Below are positions 19,178 to 30,908 of a stretch of DNA of 64,000 nt, piece after piece (position 1 is the stretch's first letter; each line of letters opens with the position of its first letter). Both the position numbers and the translations under genes were made by a program. The notes under the pieces were generated by a model, which was not told the origin of the DNA, did not search any database, and saw nothing but the letters and a program-made list of their open reading frames with translations. This DNA comes from a bacterium (GTDB lineage: Bacteria > Sumerlaeota > Sumerlaeia > SLMS01 > JAHLLQ01). The stretch spans positions 132,979 to 196,978 of the forward strand of contig JAHLLQ010000003.1 in the NCBI GenBank assembly GCA_020444065.1, read 5' to 3'.

Positions 19178-20653
19178 TTACGGTGCAACGAGGAGGGAGG
19201 CGGCCCAGTTGAGTTCGTCCGGGGCCATGGCGTAGAGGCGTTTGCCTTCTCGGTTCGTCTCATTCAGGCATCGGACGATGGAGACGGCGTGCCATTGGCC
19301 GCCGTTGTATTCGTAGCGCGTTTCCAGCCATTGTTCGCCGACTTCTTCGCCGTCGCGGTACCAGTTCATGTGGTATTTGACGACGGCGCGAGGGTAGTTG
19401 ACTTCTTCCGAAAGCTCGTGCGTTTCGCCGATCAGTTCGCCGTGGAATGTGGCGGCGCTGTTGCTGCCCCTGACCGTGCGCGGGATGCCGACGCGTGCGG
19501 CGATTTGTGCGGAATCTTCGCGGATCTTTGCGGCGAGTTGTTCGCGCATTCCTTCCGTGGGAGCGGGCGGGGCGATTCTTGTATTCTGCATCGGAGGCGG
19601 CGTCGGGAACGGCGTCGGGAAGGGTGTCGGGAACGGTGTCGGCCTTGCGCTGGGCGAGTCGGCAAAGGGATCTTCGACGACCTCGGCGATCTCGTTGGCT
19701 GGCGGTTTCTCGGCGTTCTTTGCGTCTTCACCGCGCTCGTACCATTCGCTGACGGTGGAATTGCCGATGGGCGACGTGTCGAGAATGAACTCGAAGATGA
19801 CTCCAAAGATGGCCACGCAGAGCAGGAGAACGCCACCGATGACGGCGGGCCAGAAGAGCCAGCCGATGCGCTCGGCCAGGTCGTCGAGTTTTTTGGCAAA
19901 GCCGCCGCCTTTCTTCTTCTTGCCGGGCTTCGTTTTGATGACGCGTTTGTCGATGTCGGGCAGTTCATCGCCGGGCACGACGAGGCCCCGCAGCGCGGTG
20001 GCGAGCGTTTTGACTTCGGGATCGTCGGAGGCTTGGTCGAGCAAGGCGATGAGTTCGCGACGATTGGCAACGTCGGTGCGTTGCGTCAGCAGGCCGCCAA
20101 GAAACGCCGCGGTATCGCGCGTGAGCTCGCTGGCCTTCACGCGTTCGGCAGTGACGGAGCCCAGAAGGCGCTCCGTCCCCCATTCCATTCCGGCGCGATC
20201 GCGAAACAGAATGCAGTGCGCGATGTAGACTTCGTGCAGGATGGCACTGCCATCGTCGAGAGGCTCAGGCACGCGCTCGAGCACCGTTCGATAATGGGCG
20301 AGCCACTCGGCGGGGGAGTTGGGGAGTTCTTCGTAGGTCTGGCGCGAGATGTCGGCGGCAAAGTCGGAGAGGGCCTGGGCGGCGGTGTGGCAGGACAGGC
20401 CCCAGAAGAGCGGGTCGTGCCCCCACGTGTCGTATCCGCCGACGAGTTGCTCGATGGCTCGGTCGGGATTTCCATAGGCCATGGACTGAAGGACTTCTTC
20501 GACGAGGTCGCCGGGGCCTTCGAGGAGGCGCGTAGCCATAAGGAGGCGCGAAGCGCTCCAGGAGATGTCTTCCTGGCGCTGAGCATTGGTGGCGGGCTGG
20601 TCAATCTGGGCCCGCAGGGCGCGCGCGTATTCGATGGTTTGATTATACGGCAA
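19178..20653 (-). CDS. Hypothetical single-pass membrane protein
   Basis: 491 aa; helical N-domain, one TM helix, PTPFPTPFPTP linker; TTG start with GGAGG. Confidence 0.7.
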   Translation of the reverse strand: MPYNQTIEYARALRAQIDQPATNAQRQEDISWSASRLLMATRLLEGPGDLVEEVLQSMAYGNPDRAIEQLVGGYDTWGHDPLFWGLSCHTAAQALSDFAADISRQTYEELPNSPAEWLAHYRTVLERVPEPLDDGSAILHEVYIAHCILFRDRAGMEWGTERLLGSVTAERVKASELTRDTAAFLGGLLTQRTDVANRRELIALLDQASDDPEVKTLATALRGLVVPGDELPDIDKRVIKTKPGKKKKGGGFAKKLDDLAERIGWLFWPAVIGGVLLLCVAIFGVIFEFILDTSPIGNSTVSEWYERGEDAKNAEKPPANEIAEVVEDPFADSPSARPTPFPTPFPTPFPTPPPMQNTRIAPPAPTEGMREQLAAKIREDSAQIAARVGIPRTVRGSNSAATFHGELIGETHELSEEVNYPRAVVKYHMNWYRDGEEVGEQWLETRYEYNGGQWHAVSIVRCLNETNREGKRLYAMAPDELNWAASLLVAP

Positions 20654-21053
20654 GCCTCGCCTCCTTCTCAGACTGCCGACGACAGGTGTTGTCCCTTGTG
20701 GCGGGTGCGAGGCGCTGGGCGCAAGGATTGAGTCGGCTTATGGCAAGAGTGGGGGAGGGGACGAGGCGGCCAAGTCACCTCGGTTCCCGTTCCCTTCCCA
20801 TTCCCTGCATGTACTCGAACCCGCACCCGAAACCCCAAAAAACGAGTGCGATGACGAGCCCTCGCCACAGCCCGAAGGGATTATACAACTCAGCCAAGGG
20901 TAAGCCGAAGGCGCCACCCTGGGTGGCAGATCGCCGCCAAACTGAACCCCGACGGGGTTCGACACCTCCTCCCGTCGCCTTCTCCCTTGACGGCGCATCA
21001 TCATATCATGATGAATGGATGCGCAAGGACAACACCAGGAGGAACACTCCATC

Positions 21054-24000
21054 ATGGCAGATCAAAATCGCCCCACGAACCTCACCCTCGAGCAGGCGCT
21101 CAAACGCCGCATTCTGGTGCTCGACGGCGCCATGGGAACGATGATCCAGCGCTACAAGCTGCAGGAAGAGGACTTCCGCAGCGATCGCTTTCCGGATCAC
21201 GCGAAGGATCTGAAGGGGAACAACGATCTGCTGACGCTGACCCGCCCGGATGTGATCGAGGCCATTCACCGCGAGTACCTGGACGCCGGCGCGGACATCA
21301 TCGAGACGAACACGTTTAGCGCCACGCGCATCTCGCAGGCCGACTACGACCTGGAGGAGATCTGCTACGAGCTGAACCTGGAGGCTGCCCGCCTGGGTCG
21401 TCGCGTTGTGGACGCCAAGACGGCCGAGACGCCGGACCGGCCGCGGTACCTGCTCGGTTCCATCGGTCCGACGAATCGCACGGCGTCGCTCTCGCCGGAC
21501 GTGAACGATCCGGGCTATCGCGCCGTGACGTTCGATCAACTGGTCGAAGCCTACGCGGAGCAAACCCGCGGACTAATCGAAGGCGGCGTCGACGCGCTGC
21601 TTGTCGAGACGATTTTCGACACGCTGAATGCCAAGGCAGCCTTGTACGCCATTGAAACGGTTTTCGAGGAACGCGGCGCGCGCCTGCCGGTCATGATTTC
21701 CGTGACAATCACCGATCGCTCGGGCCGCACGCTTTCAGGGCAGACGCTGGAGGCTTTCTGGATTTCGATCGAGCGCTTCAATCCGTTGTCCGTCGGCATT
21801 AACTGCGCGCTCGGCGCGGAGGACATGCGCCCGTACCTGGAGGAGTTGTCCGCGATCGCAACGTGCTACACGAGCTGCTATCCGAACGCCGGTCTGCCGA
21901 ACGAGTTCGGCGAGTACGACGACACGCCGGCCAACATGGCGCGGGTGCTCGGGGGTTTCGCCGGCAGCGGTTGGCTGAATTTGATCGGCGGGTGCTGCGG
22001 CACGTCGCCGGCGCACATCTCTGCAATCGCCGAGGCCGTGCGCGAGCTTCCGCCGCGCAAGCGCCCCGATGTGCCACCCGTTTCGCGCTTCTCCGGTTTG
22101 GAGCCTGTCCGCGTGACGGCGGAGTCGAACCTGATCATGGTCGGCGAGCGCACGAACATCACAGGCTCGCCGAAGTTCGCTCGCCTGATCCGCGAAGGCG
22201 ATCTGGACGGTGCGTTGGCGGTTGCTCAGCAGCAGGTCGATAACGGCGCGCAGATCATCGACATCAACATGGACGAGGGCCTGATCGATTCGGAAGCCAC
22301 AATGGTGCGCTTCTTGAATCTGCTGGCGGCGGAGCCCGACATCTCGCGCGTTCCGATCATGGTAGACAGCTCGCGCTGGAGCGTCATCACCGCTGCGCTG
22401 CGTTGTATCCAGGGCAAGGCGATCGTCAATTCGATCAGCCTCAAGGAAGGCGAGGAGAAGTTCCTCGAGCACGCGCGCGAGATTCATCGCTTCGGTGCAG
22501 GCGTTGTCGTGATGGCGTTCGACGAGCAGGGTCAGGCGGATACGGCCGAACGCAAAGTCGAAATCAGCGAGCGCGCCTACAAGTTGCTCGTCGAGAAGGC
22601 CGGCTTCGATCCCACGGACATCATCTTCGATCCGAATGTGCTGACGGTCGGGACGGGCATCGAGGAGCACAACAACTACGCCGTGGCGTTCATCGAAGCG
22701 ACACGCGAGCTGAAGAAGCGTTGCCCCGGCGCGAAGGTCAGCGGCGGCATCAGCAACATCTCGTTCTCCTTCCGCGGCAATCGCCCCGTTCGCGAAGCGA
22801 TGCACTCCGCGTTCCTGTTCCACGCCATCAAGGCGGGGCTCGACATGGCTATCGTGAACGCCGGCATGGTCGAGGTCTACGAAGAGATTCCGAAGGATCG
22901 CCTGGAACTGGTCGAAGATGTTCTTCTCAATCGCCGGGAGGATGCCACCGAGCGCCTGATCGAGTACGCTGAGACCGTGAAGGGTGAGAAGAAGGACGAC
23001 GCCAAAACCGCCGCTGCGTGGCGCGATGGCACGGTTGAGGAGCGTCTTTCGCATGCTCTGATCAAGGGCATTGTCGAGTTCATCGATGAGGACGTTGAAG
23101 AAGCGCGCCAGAAGTTCGACCGCCCGCTCGAAGTGATCGAAGGGCCGTTGATGGACGGCATGAACGTCGTCGGCGACTTGTTCGGCAGCGGCAAAATGTT
23201 CCTGCCTCAGGTCGTGAAGAGCGCGCGCGTGATGAAGAAGGCCGTCGCCTGCCTTCTGCCCTACATGGAGAAGGAGAAGGAAGAACGCGGCATCACGAAG
23301 GGCGCGGCGAAGGTGCTGCTCGCGACCGTCAAAGGCGACGTCCACGACATCGGCAAGAATATCGTCGGCGTGGTTCTCGGATGTAATGGTTACGACATCA
23401 TCGATCTCGGCGTCATGGTGCCGACGGACAGAATCCTTCGCGAAGCCCGCGAGCAGGACGTCGACATCATCGGCCTGAGCGGCCTGATCACACCATCGCT
23501 CGACGAGATGGTTCACGTCGCGAAGGAGATGGAGCGCGAAGGTTTCAAGGTTCCGCTGCTGATCGGCGGTGCCACGACGAGCCGCATCCACACTGCCGTC
23601 AAGATCGCCCCGCAGTACAGCGCTCCCGTCGTGCATGTGCTCGATGCATCCCGCGCAGTCGGCGTGGTGCAGGGTTTGCTCGACGAAAAAGGTGGGACGG
23701 AGTACGCACGCCAGGTTGCCGAAGATCAGCAGACGTTGCGCGATCACCATCGCAGCAAGCAGGGCGAGGCGAAGCTCGTTTCGCTCGAGCAGGCCCGCGC
23801 GAATAAGCCGACGTTCGACTGGTCCAGCGCAAAGATCGACGAGCCAGAATTCCTGGGCCCAAAGCTGTACGATGTCGCGATCGAAGACCTCGTGCCGTTC
23901 ATTGATTGGACGCCATTCTTCCATGCGTGGGAGCTCAAGGGCGTGTACCCGAAGATTCTCGATCACCCGAAGTACGGCGAGCGTGCCCGCGAGCTGCAGC

Positions 24001-24740
24001 GCGATGCACAGAAGATGCTCGAGGATTTCATCACCAACAAATCGCTGACCGCGCGTGGCGTGCTCGGACTCTTCGCTGCCAACTCCGATGGTGACGATGT
24101 TGTCATCTACGAGGGCGAAACGCCTGTGAAGATACTGAACTTCCTGCGCCAGCAGGCGGAAAAGGATTCCGCCAAGTCGCATCTATGCCTAGCGGATTAC
24201 ATTGCTCCGCGCGACACGAAACGGCGCGACACAATTGGGGCTTTCGCAGTCACGGCAGGTGTTGGAGTGAAGGAACTGTGCGCCGTTTACGACGCCGATC
24301 ACGATGACTACCATTCAATCATGGTCAAGGTTCTCGCTGATCGTCTCGCGGAAGCATTTGCGGAGTACATCCACAAGCAGGCTCGCGATGCGTGGGGATT
24401 CGGCAAGGCGGAGAACTTCACGAACGACGATCTGATTGCAGAGAAGTATCGCGGCATTCGCCCGGCGCCGGGCTACCCGTCATGTCCGGATCATACGGAG
24501 AAGGCGAAGCTCTTCGAGTTGCTTGACGCGGAGAGAATCGGAGCGAACCTGACCGAGTCGTTCATGATGGATCCAGGCGCTTCGGTTTGCGGATACATGT
24601 TCGCGCACCCCGAGGCACGTTATTTCGATGTGCGCCCGATCGATCGCGATCAGGCCGCCGACTACGCGCAACGCAAGGGCGAGTCGGCGGAGTACGTCGA
24701 GCAATGGTTGGCGTCGGAGTTGTCGTACGATCCGTCGTAA
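21054..24740 (+). CDS. metH: Cobalamin-dependent methionine synthase
   Basis: [44 protein letters not shown]. Confidence 0.98.
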   Translation: MADQNRPTNLTLEQALKRRILVLDGAMGTMIQRYKLQEEDFRSDRFPDHAKDLKGNNDLLTLTRPDVIEAIHREYLDAGADIIETNTFSATRISQADYDLEEICYELNLEAARLGRRVVDAKTAETPDRPRYLLGSIGPTNRTASLSPDVNDPGYRAVTFDQLVEAYAEQTRGLIEGGVDALLVETIFDTLNAKAALYAIETVFEERGARLPVMISVTITDRSGRTLSGQTLEAFWISIERFNPLSVGINCALGAEDMRPYLEELSAIATCYTSCYPNAGLPNEFGEYDDTPANMARVLGGFAGSGWLNLIGGCCGTSPAHISAIAEAVRELPPRKRPDVPPVSRFSGLEPVRVTAESNLIMVGERTNITGSPKFARLIREGDLDGALAVAQQQVDNGAQIIDINMDEGLIDSEATMVRFLNLLAAEPDISRVPIMVDSSRWSVITAALRCIQGKAIVNSISLKEGEEKFLEHAREIHRFGAGVVVMAFDEQGQADTAERKVEISERAYKLLVEKAGFDPTDIIFDPNVLTVGTGIEEHNNYAVAFIEATRELKKRCPGAKVSGGISNISFSFRGNRPVREAMHSAFLFHAIKAGLDMAIVNAGMVEVYEEIPKDRLELVEDVLLNRREDATERLIEYAETVKGEKKDDAKTAAAWRDGTVEERLSHALIKGIVEFIDEDVEEARQKFDRPLEVIEGPLMDGMNVVGDLFGSGKMFLPQVVKSARVMKKAVACLLPYMEKEKEERGITKGAAKVLLATVKGDVHDIGKNIVGVVLGCNGYDIIDLGVMVPTDRILREAREQDVDIIGLSGLITPSLDEMVHVAKEMEREGFKVPLLIGGATTSRIHTAVKIAPQYSAPVVHVLDASRAVGVVQGLLDEKGGTEYARQVAEDQQTLRDHHRSKQGEAKLVSLEQARANKPTFDWSSAKIDEPEFLGPKLYDVAIEDLVPFIDWTPFFHAWELKGVYPKILDHPKYGERARELQRDAQKMLEDFITNKSLTARGVLGLFAANSDGDDVVIYEGETPVKILNFLRQQAEKDSAKSHLCLADYIAPRDTKRRDTIGAFAVTAGVGVKELCAVYDADHDDYHSIMVKVLADRLAEAFAEYIHKQARDAWGFGKAENFTNDDLIAEKYRGIRPAPGYPSCPDHTEKAKLFELLDAERIGANLTESFMMDPGASVCGYMFAHPEARYFDVRPIDRDQAADYAQRKGESAEYVEQWLASELSYDPS

Positions 24741-24752
24741 GCGAATGGAAGG

Positions 24753-26237
24753 TCAGGAGAACGCGCGCTCGCACGCTTCGCACAGCGCGTGCAGGATCAG
24801 CGTGTGGACCTCCTGAATGCGTTCCGTGCGACTGTCCGGAACAACAAGTGCCACATCGACGAGGTCCTTGGCGCGCCCACCGGTCTTTCCGGCGATGGCA
24901 ATCGTGCGAAGGCGGGCTGCGCGCGCACGCTCGAAGGCGCGATTGATGTTCTCGGAATTGCCGCTCGTGGTGAATCCGACCAGAAGATCTCCTTCACGCC
25001 CGAGCCCTTCGACCTGGCGCGAGAAAATCTCCTCGAATCCATAGTCATTCGCGATGCACGTCAGATTCGACGCATCGCCGGCCAGATTGATCGCCGCCAA
25101 CGACGGACGATCGCCGCGATAACGCCCGACCAGTTCCTCGGCCAAGTGCGCGGCATCGGTCGTGCTGCCACCGTTTCCGCAGGTCAACACCTTGCCGCCG
25201 GCTTTCAGCGTTTCGACCAGAAGATCCGCGGCCGCTTCGATCCCTGCCAGTAATTCCGGATCGGCAACCACGCGACCCGCCAGGCTCATCAACGCGGCGG
25301 CTTGCGATTCGACGCTCGGCCCGCGGTGCGCATCTTCGCGCCACCCGGCCTGAAGTGCAGCGGCCATCGCGGCAACATCGCCGAGATGCTCGCCCAGTCC
25401 CGCAGGCGCGATGTGGCAACGTTTCGCAAGATGCCGCAATCCCTCGCGATGCGCCACGGCGCGAATCGGCTCCAGCAAGAGATCGCCCGCGTGAACGCCG
25501 ATCGTCCCAAGGGCAATCGCCTCGAGACCGAACAGGTCGATCAGGCGCGCGCACTGGCGTCCGACCTGCTCTGCCAACGCCGTAAGCAACTCGCGCGCAT
25601 CGGCATTGCCACTGCGTGCTGCGTTTGCCAGGTCGGCCATCGTCGTGCCCGCCGGGAATTTGCCAGACGCGACGGCCTGCATCGCCACGCCAGTACCACT
25701 GGCCAAACCTTCCAGGCTGCCGGCCTTGCCAAACAACTCGGGTCCATCCTCGGCCACGCGCCAATGCCCGACCTCGCCGGGAATCGCTAGCACTTGCCCA
25801 TCGATGACCACGCCGCATCCGAACCCCGTTGCGAACGTCAGAAAGGCCAATCGGTGCATGTGCGAGTCGCGGCCGATTCCGTAGCGCCACTCGGCGTAGG
25901 CGCCTGCGCGGGCGTCGTGCATGATGTGGACGGGCAGGCTGAACGCCTCCTCCAGCTTTTCGCGCAGCGCCAGCCCATGCCACGCTGGAAGATGCGGCGG
26001 AACGAGGAGATGGCCGGTTGCCTCATCCATCGGTCCGCCGATGGAGACGCTTACGGCGGTTGGGGGGGAATGCTCCGCGGCGAGCGCATCGGCCTCGCGG
26101 CGCACGTCGGCGAGGAATTCATCGAACGGCCGATCGGGGCAGGTGAGGAACTCGCGGCGCGCCAGGACAGCGGCGCCGTCGGTGCCGAGAATCACGGCTG
26201 TCTTGGTTCCTCCGATGTCTAACGCCAGCAAGCTCAT
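24753..26237 (-). CDS. ROK-family sugar kinase fused to a GmhA-like phosphoheptose isomerase (SIS)
   Basis: LALDIGGTKT, GEVGH; C-terminal CGNGGSTTDAAHLAEELVGRY, NDYG, FSRQVEG, TSGNSEN, RIQEVH. Confidence 0.88.
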   Translation of the reverse strand: MSLLALDIGGTKTAVILGTDGAAVLARREFLTCPDRPFDEFLADVRREADALAAEHSPPTAVSVSIGGPMDEATGHLLVPPHLPAWHGLALREKLEEAFSLPVHIMHDARAGAYAEWRYGIGRDSHMHRLAFLTFATGFGCGVVIDGQVLAIPGEVGHWRVAEDGPELFGKAGSLEGLASGTGVAMQAVASGKFPAGTTMADLANAARSGNADARELLTALAEQVGRQCARLIDLFGLEAIALGTIGVHAGDLLLEPIRAVAHREGLRHLAKRCHIAPAGLGEHLGDVAAMAAALQAGWREDAHRGPSVESQAAALMSLAGRVVADPELLAGIEAAADLLVETLKAGGKVLTCGNGGSTTDAAHLAEELVGRYRGDRPSLAAINLAGDASNLTCIANDYGFEEIFSRQVEGLGREGDLLVGFTTSGNSENINRAFERARAARLRTIAIAGKTGGRAKDLVDVALVVPDSRTERIQEVHTLILHALCEACERAFS

Positions 26238-26427
26238 GGTTCGCCGCCTTGCCTCAGAATGGCAAAGATTGTCCGTGGCACCGGCCAACGGTGTCAATTG
26301 CGGCAGTCGACAGGCCCGAAGCGCTCCAATGACGAGAACAGGTGGTTTTCTTGGGTTGCCATGGCGCCGTAACCTCGGAAGCCTCTCCCTCCCAGGGGAA
26401 AACCAGATCGGGGAGCTGCAATTCGCG

Positions 26428-29319
26428 ATGGCGAAGAATACCCGCAAACAGCGGGGCGGGAGGTCGAAGGCGACCGCACCGTCCCCTCCGGAGGAACGTC
26501 GCCAGGAGGGGGCGCAGACGGATGTCGATACAAAGACCTGGTCCCAGCGCCTGAGGGACCCGTGGTACGTTGGCGCCAATCGGTGGTTCTTTTGGGCGAT
26601 CCTTGCTCTGATTCTTGTGATGGGATTAGTGCGGTGGCAGACGAACGCGAGCCGCAGCTACTGGATCGACGAAATCCACTCCATCCGCAAAGGCCAACTC
26701 GCCGTCGAGGCCGAGGGCCTGGAAGATCTTGGTGAGAAATACCACCAAGGCTTCTTTGCGACGATCGGCCCATTGATCGGCGATGGTAGCAGCGAGCGCC
26801 AGGCCCGAACGCCGGCCGTCGTGGCCATCATGCTCGGGATCGGCTTCATGGCGATTCTGGGCGGCCTGCTCGGCGGTCGGTGGATGGCACTTTCTGCCAC
26901 GATCGTCGGCGTGATTGCACCGCGCGCCCTCTATCACTCGGGCGAGATTCGTTACTACGCGTTCCTCTTCATGTTGGGCGCGCTTGGGTTGTTGCTGCTC
27001 GAGCTCTGCCATCGTCGCAAAGGAGCATGGGCACTTCCACTTGGTGGCCTGACGGCGATCTATGCCTACACGATTCACCCCGCCAGCGGCCCGTTCATGA
27101 TGATGATTGGCCTCGCGGCCTTTGGGTTTGTCGCTTGGGATTTTGCCACGTCGATTCGCCCCGCCTTTCAGAACAAGAAGCGGAACCCGGCGACCATGAT
27201 TCGCGCGGTCTGGCTCGGTTTCATGATCGCAACCGCCGTCGCTGCACCTGTTGTGATGTTCTCCAAGGTCGCTGAAATCTGGAATGCCCATTTCGGCGCA
27301 GTGCTTTCGGGCAAGGCGACTCACGCACCGAACATGAAGTTCACGTGGGACTTCCTCAGCCGCACATTCACTCATCTGTATTTCTCCATTCCTAAGCGCT
27401 CATTCGGGACCGAGGTCATCAATTTCCTCTGGTTCGGTGGACTGATCGTTGGACCGTTACTGATGTTCCGCCGGAGTCGAGTGCTGGCGCTGTTCATTCC
27501 CATCTCCTTCGTGCTCTACTTCGCGACTTTCTTCTTTGTTCCCGCGGAGATCGGAATGGCCGCGAAGTACATGATGGCCGCTGTGCCGGGACTGCTTCTG
27601 CTGATTGCAACGGTGCCGCCGGAGATCGGGCGCCTTGTGGCGACGAAGTCTCCACGCGCCGGGGCATGGACGTTTGGTGTTTTGATGTTCGGTTGGATCG
27701 CGCTGAATGCACAGCCGGCGTACCTGATGATTGTGAAGGATGTCTCAAACTATCGACAGACAATCGAGGTCGCCGAGTCCTACACGCAGGACACCGCGCC
27801 CCCGACGATCTTCGCCAGCAGCATCCTGTTGCTTGGCCTGGATTACTATCGCCAGCGATTGCCATTGGAAAGACGCCCAATCGTGCGCAACGCTGCTGGT
27901 GCGGGGGTACCGGGAATTCTGCAGGGACTGGCAAGCGAACGTGGAATCATGTTCGCAATGATCAATGAAACGGCGTCCTACAGGGGACGCTTCATCGAGG
28001 CGATCGAACCGTACATGAAGGAGGTCAAGGAGCTGGACTCGCCGGTGGCGCCCAGCTACTCCGTTCACATCTGGAGACCGCGACTCGATCTGATCGCCGT
28101 CCCTGGCCGTATTCTCAAGTTGGATCGCGATGCTATCGAGCAATTGACCGGCGAAGGACTCGATTTTCTGACGCCTGGGCCCGGCGGCTGGCGTCTCAAA
28201 GGTGCTCCCGAAAACTCGAAGCTGTTCGTCAACGGCGAGGCAATGCCAACGCCTGTGGGTGATTTCCTCGCAGCGAAAGAAACATCGATGACGCTGCGAT
28301 TGGAGGCTGCAGAGCCGATTGAATCGCTCGATCTTGTCCCAGCCCCAGTCGATGGAATGATTCTCTGTCCCGGCGGGCTGGCGTGGCGCGTTCCCGTCAC
28401 GCCTTACTCGCGACCGATCATGCGGTCGGGGGTACTCGCAATGAATTTCAAGCGCAGCTACTGGTGTGAGTATGCTCTCGATGTGCCGGAGGATGCCGGT
28501 GGCCTGGTCGTGGTGATGGAGGAGGCCGGCAAGGTGTCTGCTGCGTTCGAGATTCTGATCGATGACAAGCCCTTTGCAATCGTCGCCGGCATGATGGGTG
28601 CCCAGCAGATTATCGATGGCCCGTATCGTCGTTACGTTCCATTGCCGGAAGATGCAAAGGGCCGGCGCGTGCGATTCCGCTTCACATTCCTCAGCGAAAC
28701 CTACATCGGCGACAATGAAGGAACCATCCTGGGTGTTGGGCTGGTGGGAAGCGTTCCCCAGGATGATAACCTCTTCCCAAGGCTAATTCTGACGCCGCCC
28801 CCCGATTGGGCGCGAGGCGACTTCCCACGGCCGCAGGGCGATCCCTTCTGGGGCCAGGTCGCGGTCAATGCGAACGACCTGTCCAAGATTGAAGTTCACC
28901 ATGACGTAGAAGATCCCTATATGTCGGTCTCGTTGGAGCGCGACACGCCGACCATGCAAATCGCCTTGCCGCCATTCGAACCGATTCCGGGATCGTGGAT
29001 CTACTGCGAGTATGAAGCGGAACAGATCGCGGCGCCGCAACATTCACTCGGGATGTTCGCGACCATATACGACAAGGATGGCAAGGACATCTCCTTGTGC
29101 GGATTCACCGAGGGGCTGCAGGGTCAGGAATCCGATGGGTGGTGCCGATACGGAGCACTGATGCCAGTCGCCGCAGGGGCTGCATTGGTGCGGTTTCATT
29201 GGCAAATCTATCGCCACCCCGAGGAAAACAAGCCGCCAACGCCCGAGGGTTCCGAACTGCGATTCCGCAACTTCCGAATCTTCGCTCCGGAGGAAGTCCA
29301 GCGCGTCACAGAGCCTTGA
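26428..29319 (+). CDS. GT-C fold (PMT/GT39-like) membrane glycosyltransferase with large extracytoplasmic C-terminus
   Basis: SYWIDE, EIRYYA motifs; many TM helices. Confidence 0.7.
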   Translation: MAKNTRKQRGGRSKATAPSPPEERRQEGAQTDVDTKTWSQRLRDPWYVGANRWFFWAILALILVMGLVRWQTNASRSYWIDEIHSIRKGQLAVEAEGLEDLGEKYHQGFFATIGPLIGDGSSERQARTPAVVAIMLGIGFMAILGGLLGGRWMALSATIVGVIAPRALYHSGEIRYYAFLFMLGALGLLLLELCHRRKGAWALPLGGLTAIYAYTIHPASGPFMMMIGLAAFGFVAWDFATSIRPAFQNKKRNPATMIRAVWLGFMIATAVAAPVVMFSKVAEIWNAHFGAVLSGKATHAPNMKFTWDFLSRTFTHLYFSIPKRSFGTEVINFLWFGGLIVGPLLMFRRSRVLALFIPISFVLYFATFFFVPAEIGMAAKYMMAAVPGLLLLIATVPPEIGRLVATKSPRAGAWTFGVLMFGWIALNAQPAYLMIVKDVSNYRQTIEVAESYTQDTAPPTIFASSILLLGLDYYRQRLPLERRPIVRNAAGAGVPGILQGLASERGIMFAMINETASYRGRFIEAIEPYMKEVKELDSPVAPSYSVHIWRPRLDLIAVPGRILKLDRDAIEQLTGEGLDFLTPGPGGWRLKGAPENSKLFVNGEAMPTPVGDFLAAKETSMTLRLEAAEPIESLDLVPAPVDGMILCPGGLAWRVPVTPYSRPIMRSGVLAMNFKRSYWCEYALDVPEDAGGLVVVMEEAGKVSAAFEILIDDKPFAIVAGMMGAQQIIDGPYRRYVPLPEDAKGRRVRFRFTFLSETYIGDNEGTILGVGLVGSVPQDDNLFPRLILTPPPDWARGDFPRPQGDPFWGQVAVNANDLSKIEVHHDVEDPYMSVSLERDTPTMQIALPPFEPIPGSWIYCEYEAEQIAAPQHSLGMFATIYDKDGKDISLCGFTEGLQGQESDGWCRYGALMPVAAGAALVRFHWQIYRHPEENKPPTPEGSELRFRNFRIFAPEEVQRVTEP

Positions 29320-30808
29320 TAAGAGGAAGGCGAACGTTTGTCGGGTAGTGGGGGAGACGCGTTGCCAACTCTGCCTTGAAGGTGGGAATTCCTCCGGCTG
29401 TGGCTTGTACGCCGCGAGTGATTTCCTCCTGCAGCCTCTCTGAGTCCCTCCCTCTTTTCTCCAGCGATTGCTCCATCGCCACGTAAAGCTCTGGAACAAA
29501 GTTCGCCCGCCCGGTCACGAAACCGACACCGCCTGCGCGATGGCAATCGAGGATGCGTTCGTCGCCACCGATGAAGTACCTTGGCGTGTGACGAACCAGT
29601 TCCAGGTTGGCTGAGGAGTCCTTTAGCGCGGCGTGCGGAACCTGCGCCAGAATCTCCGCGGTGATTGAGTTTCCCGTGTGCTTCGGGAAATTGTAAAGCA
29701 CCAGCGGCGCGTCGATGCGTTCACCGATTTCGCAGAAGTACCGCGCAATCCCCTCTGCCGGTGCATTAGCCAGGTAGTACGGGGGCAATGCAGCAATGGC
29801 ATCGGCACCATACTCCTCGCCCCAGCGCGCCTCCTCCAGCGTCTGCACCAGGCTGTCGCTCCCTGCATGAAATAGCACGACGCCCGGGAAGTAACGTCGC
29901 GCCAGCGTCAATGCGAGCTTCCGCTCCGCCGCAGACAGCGAGAAGAACTCGCCCGTCGTGCCATTCACAAGGATGCGCTGCACGCCGTTCGCGGCCAACC
30001 ACTCCACGTGGGCGATGAACGCGCTCTCGTCGAATTGCATTGCATCATCGAAAGGCGTCAGAACCGCGACGATCAAACCCGACAAGTCGACCGGCGCCAA
30101 GTCGGGCTCCAATAGATCGTGGAATTGCGCGAAGAGTTTCTCCTCCACCGATTCCACTACAACCGTGTAGTCCTCGCGGCAGTACAAGTGCAAGTCTGCC
30201 CACTTTTTGCTCTCGGCGCCATGCGCACTGAACTCGCGCAGGTTGCTTTGAAGGAACGTCGCAATCGCCTTCTCCTGCGAATAACCGCGGGATTCGATGT
30301 CGCGAGAAATTCGCGTCGCAAGTTGTGTCTTCCAGTCCGAATCGACGAAGATCGCGAAGTCCACTCGGTCGCGCAGTTCAAGATACGTTGCTACTTCACC
30401 ATCGACGATCGTGAAGCGCGCTGGTGCGAACGGCTTCGTAATCCTCGCTTCACCTGCTTCGGAATCGTAGACAGGCTTATCAAACGCCCGGCCTTCGCGG
30501 ATGCAACCAAGATGCTCGCGAATCAGTTCCATCCGATTTGCTTCGGGGTGAGCGCCGTACAAGTTCCGCGGATAGCGTTCCTCGCGAGACGTCTTATAGT
30601 CGTCCAATCTCAGAACGGCCGCACCGGGCAATTGCTCTGCGAGTGCCCGCGCAAAGGTCGTCTTACCCGTCCCGCCGGGACCGCCCACTGCAATCGCAAG
30701 ACAGCCCGCGTGGTCGACGAATCTGCGCTGCAGCAATTCCGCCAGAATCGCCTCCGCCGGACGACGGGCACCACCGCGATAACGAACATGCGTCTTGCTT
30801 CGAGGCAT
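29306..30808 (-). CDS. Uridine kinase/PRK-like P-loop kinase fused to a DapA/NanA-family aldolase
   Basis: GGPGGTGKTT, LDDY, KPVYD; C-terminal NGTTGEF, LYNFP, LKDSS. Confidence 0.85.
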   Translation of the reverse strand: MPRSKTHVRYRGGARRPAEAILAELLQRRFVDHAGCLAIAVGGPGGTGKTTFARALAEQLPGAAVLRLDDYKTSREERYPRNLYGAHPEANRMELIREHLGCIREGRAFDKPVYDSEAGEARITKPFAPARFTIVDGEVATYLELRDRVDFAIFVDSDWKTQLATRISRDIESRGYSQEKAIATFLQSNLREFSAHGAESKKWADLHLYCREDYTVVVESVEEKLFAQFHDLLEPDLAPVDLSGLIVAVLTPFDDAMQFDESAFIAHVEWLAANGVQRILVNGTTGEFFSLSAAERKLALTLARRYFPGVVLFHAGSDSLVQTLEEARWGEEYGADAIAALPPYYLANAPAEGIARYFCEIGERIDAPLVLYNFPKHTGNSITAEILAQVPHAALKDSSANLELVRHTPRYFIGGDERILDCHRAGGVGFVTGRANFVPELYVAMEQSLEKRGRDSERLQEEITRGVQATAGGIPTFKAELATRLPHYPTNVRLPLIKAL

Positions 30809-30908
30809 CCGTTGTGCGCTCCTCACCAAAGCTGAATCCATTGTCCGAGCACCACGAGCCGTGCGCAATGGACAACATGAACCGGAACGGGTACCCGCCT
30901 TCTACGCC

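Noticed and set aside
20660..21053. SAM or cobalamin riboswitch upstream of metH
   Set aside because: No S-box or B12-box consensus; the hairpins belong to REP-like repeats
21735..24182. 815-aa antisense ORF (and similar long ORFs such as 1393-2658, 19097-20731, 48573-49967)
   Set aside because: Shadows of high-GC genes on the opposite strand; no motifs
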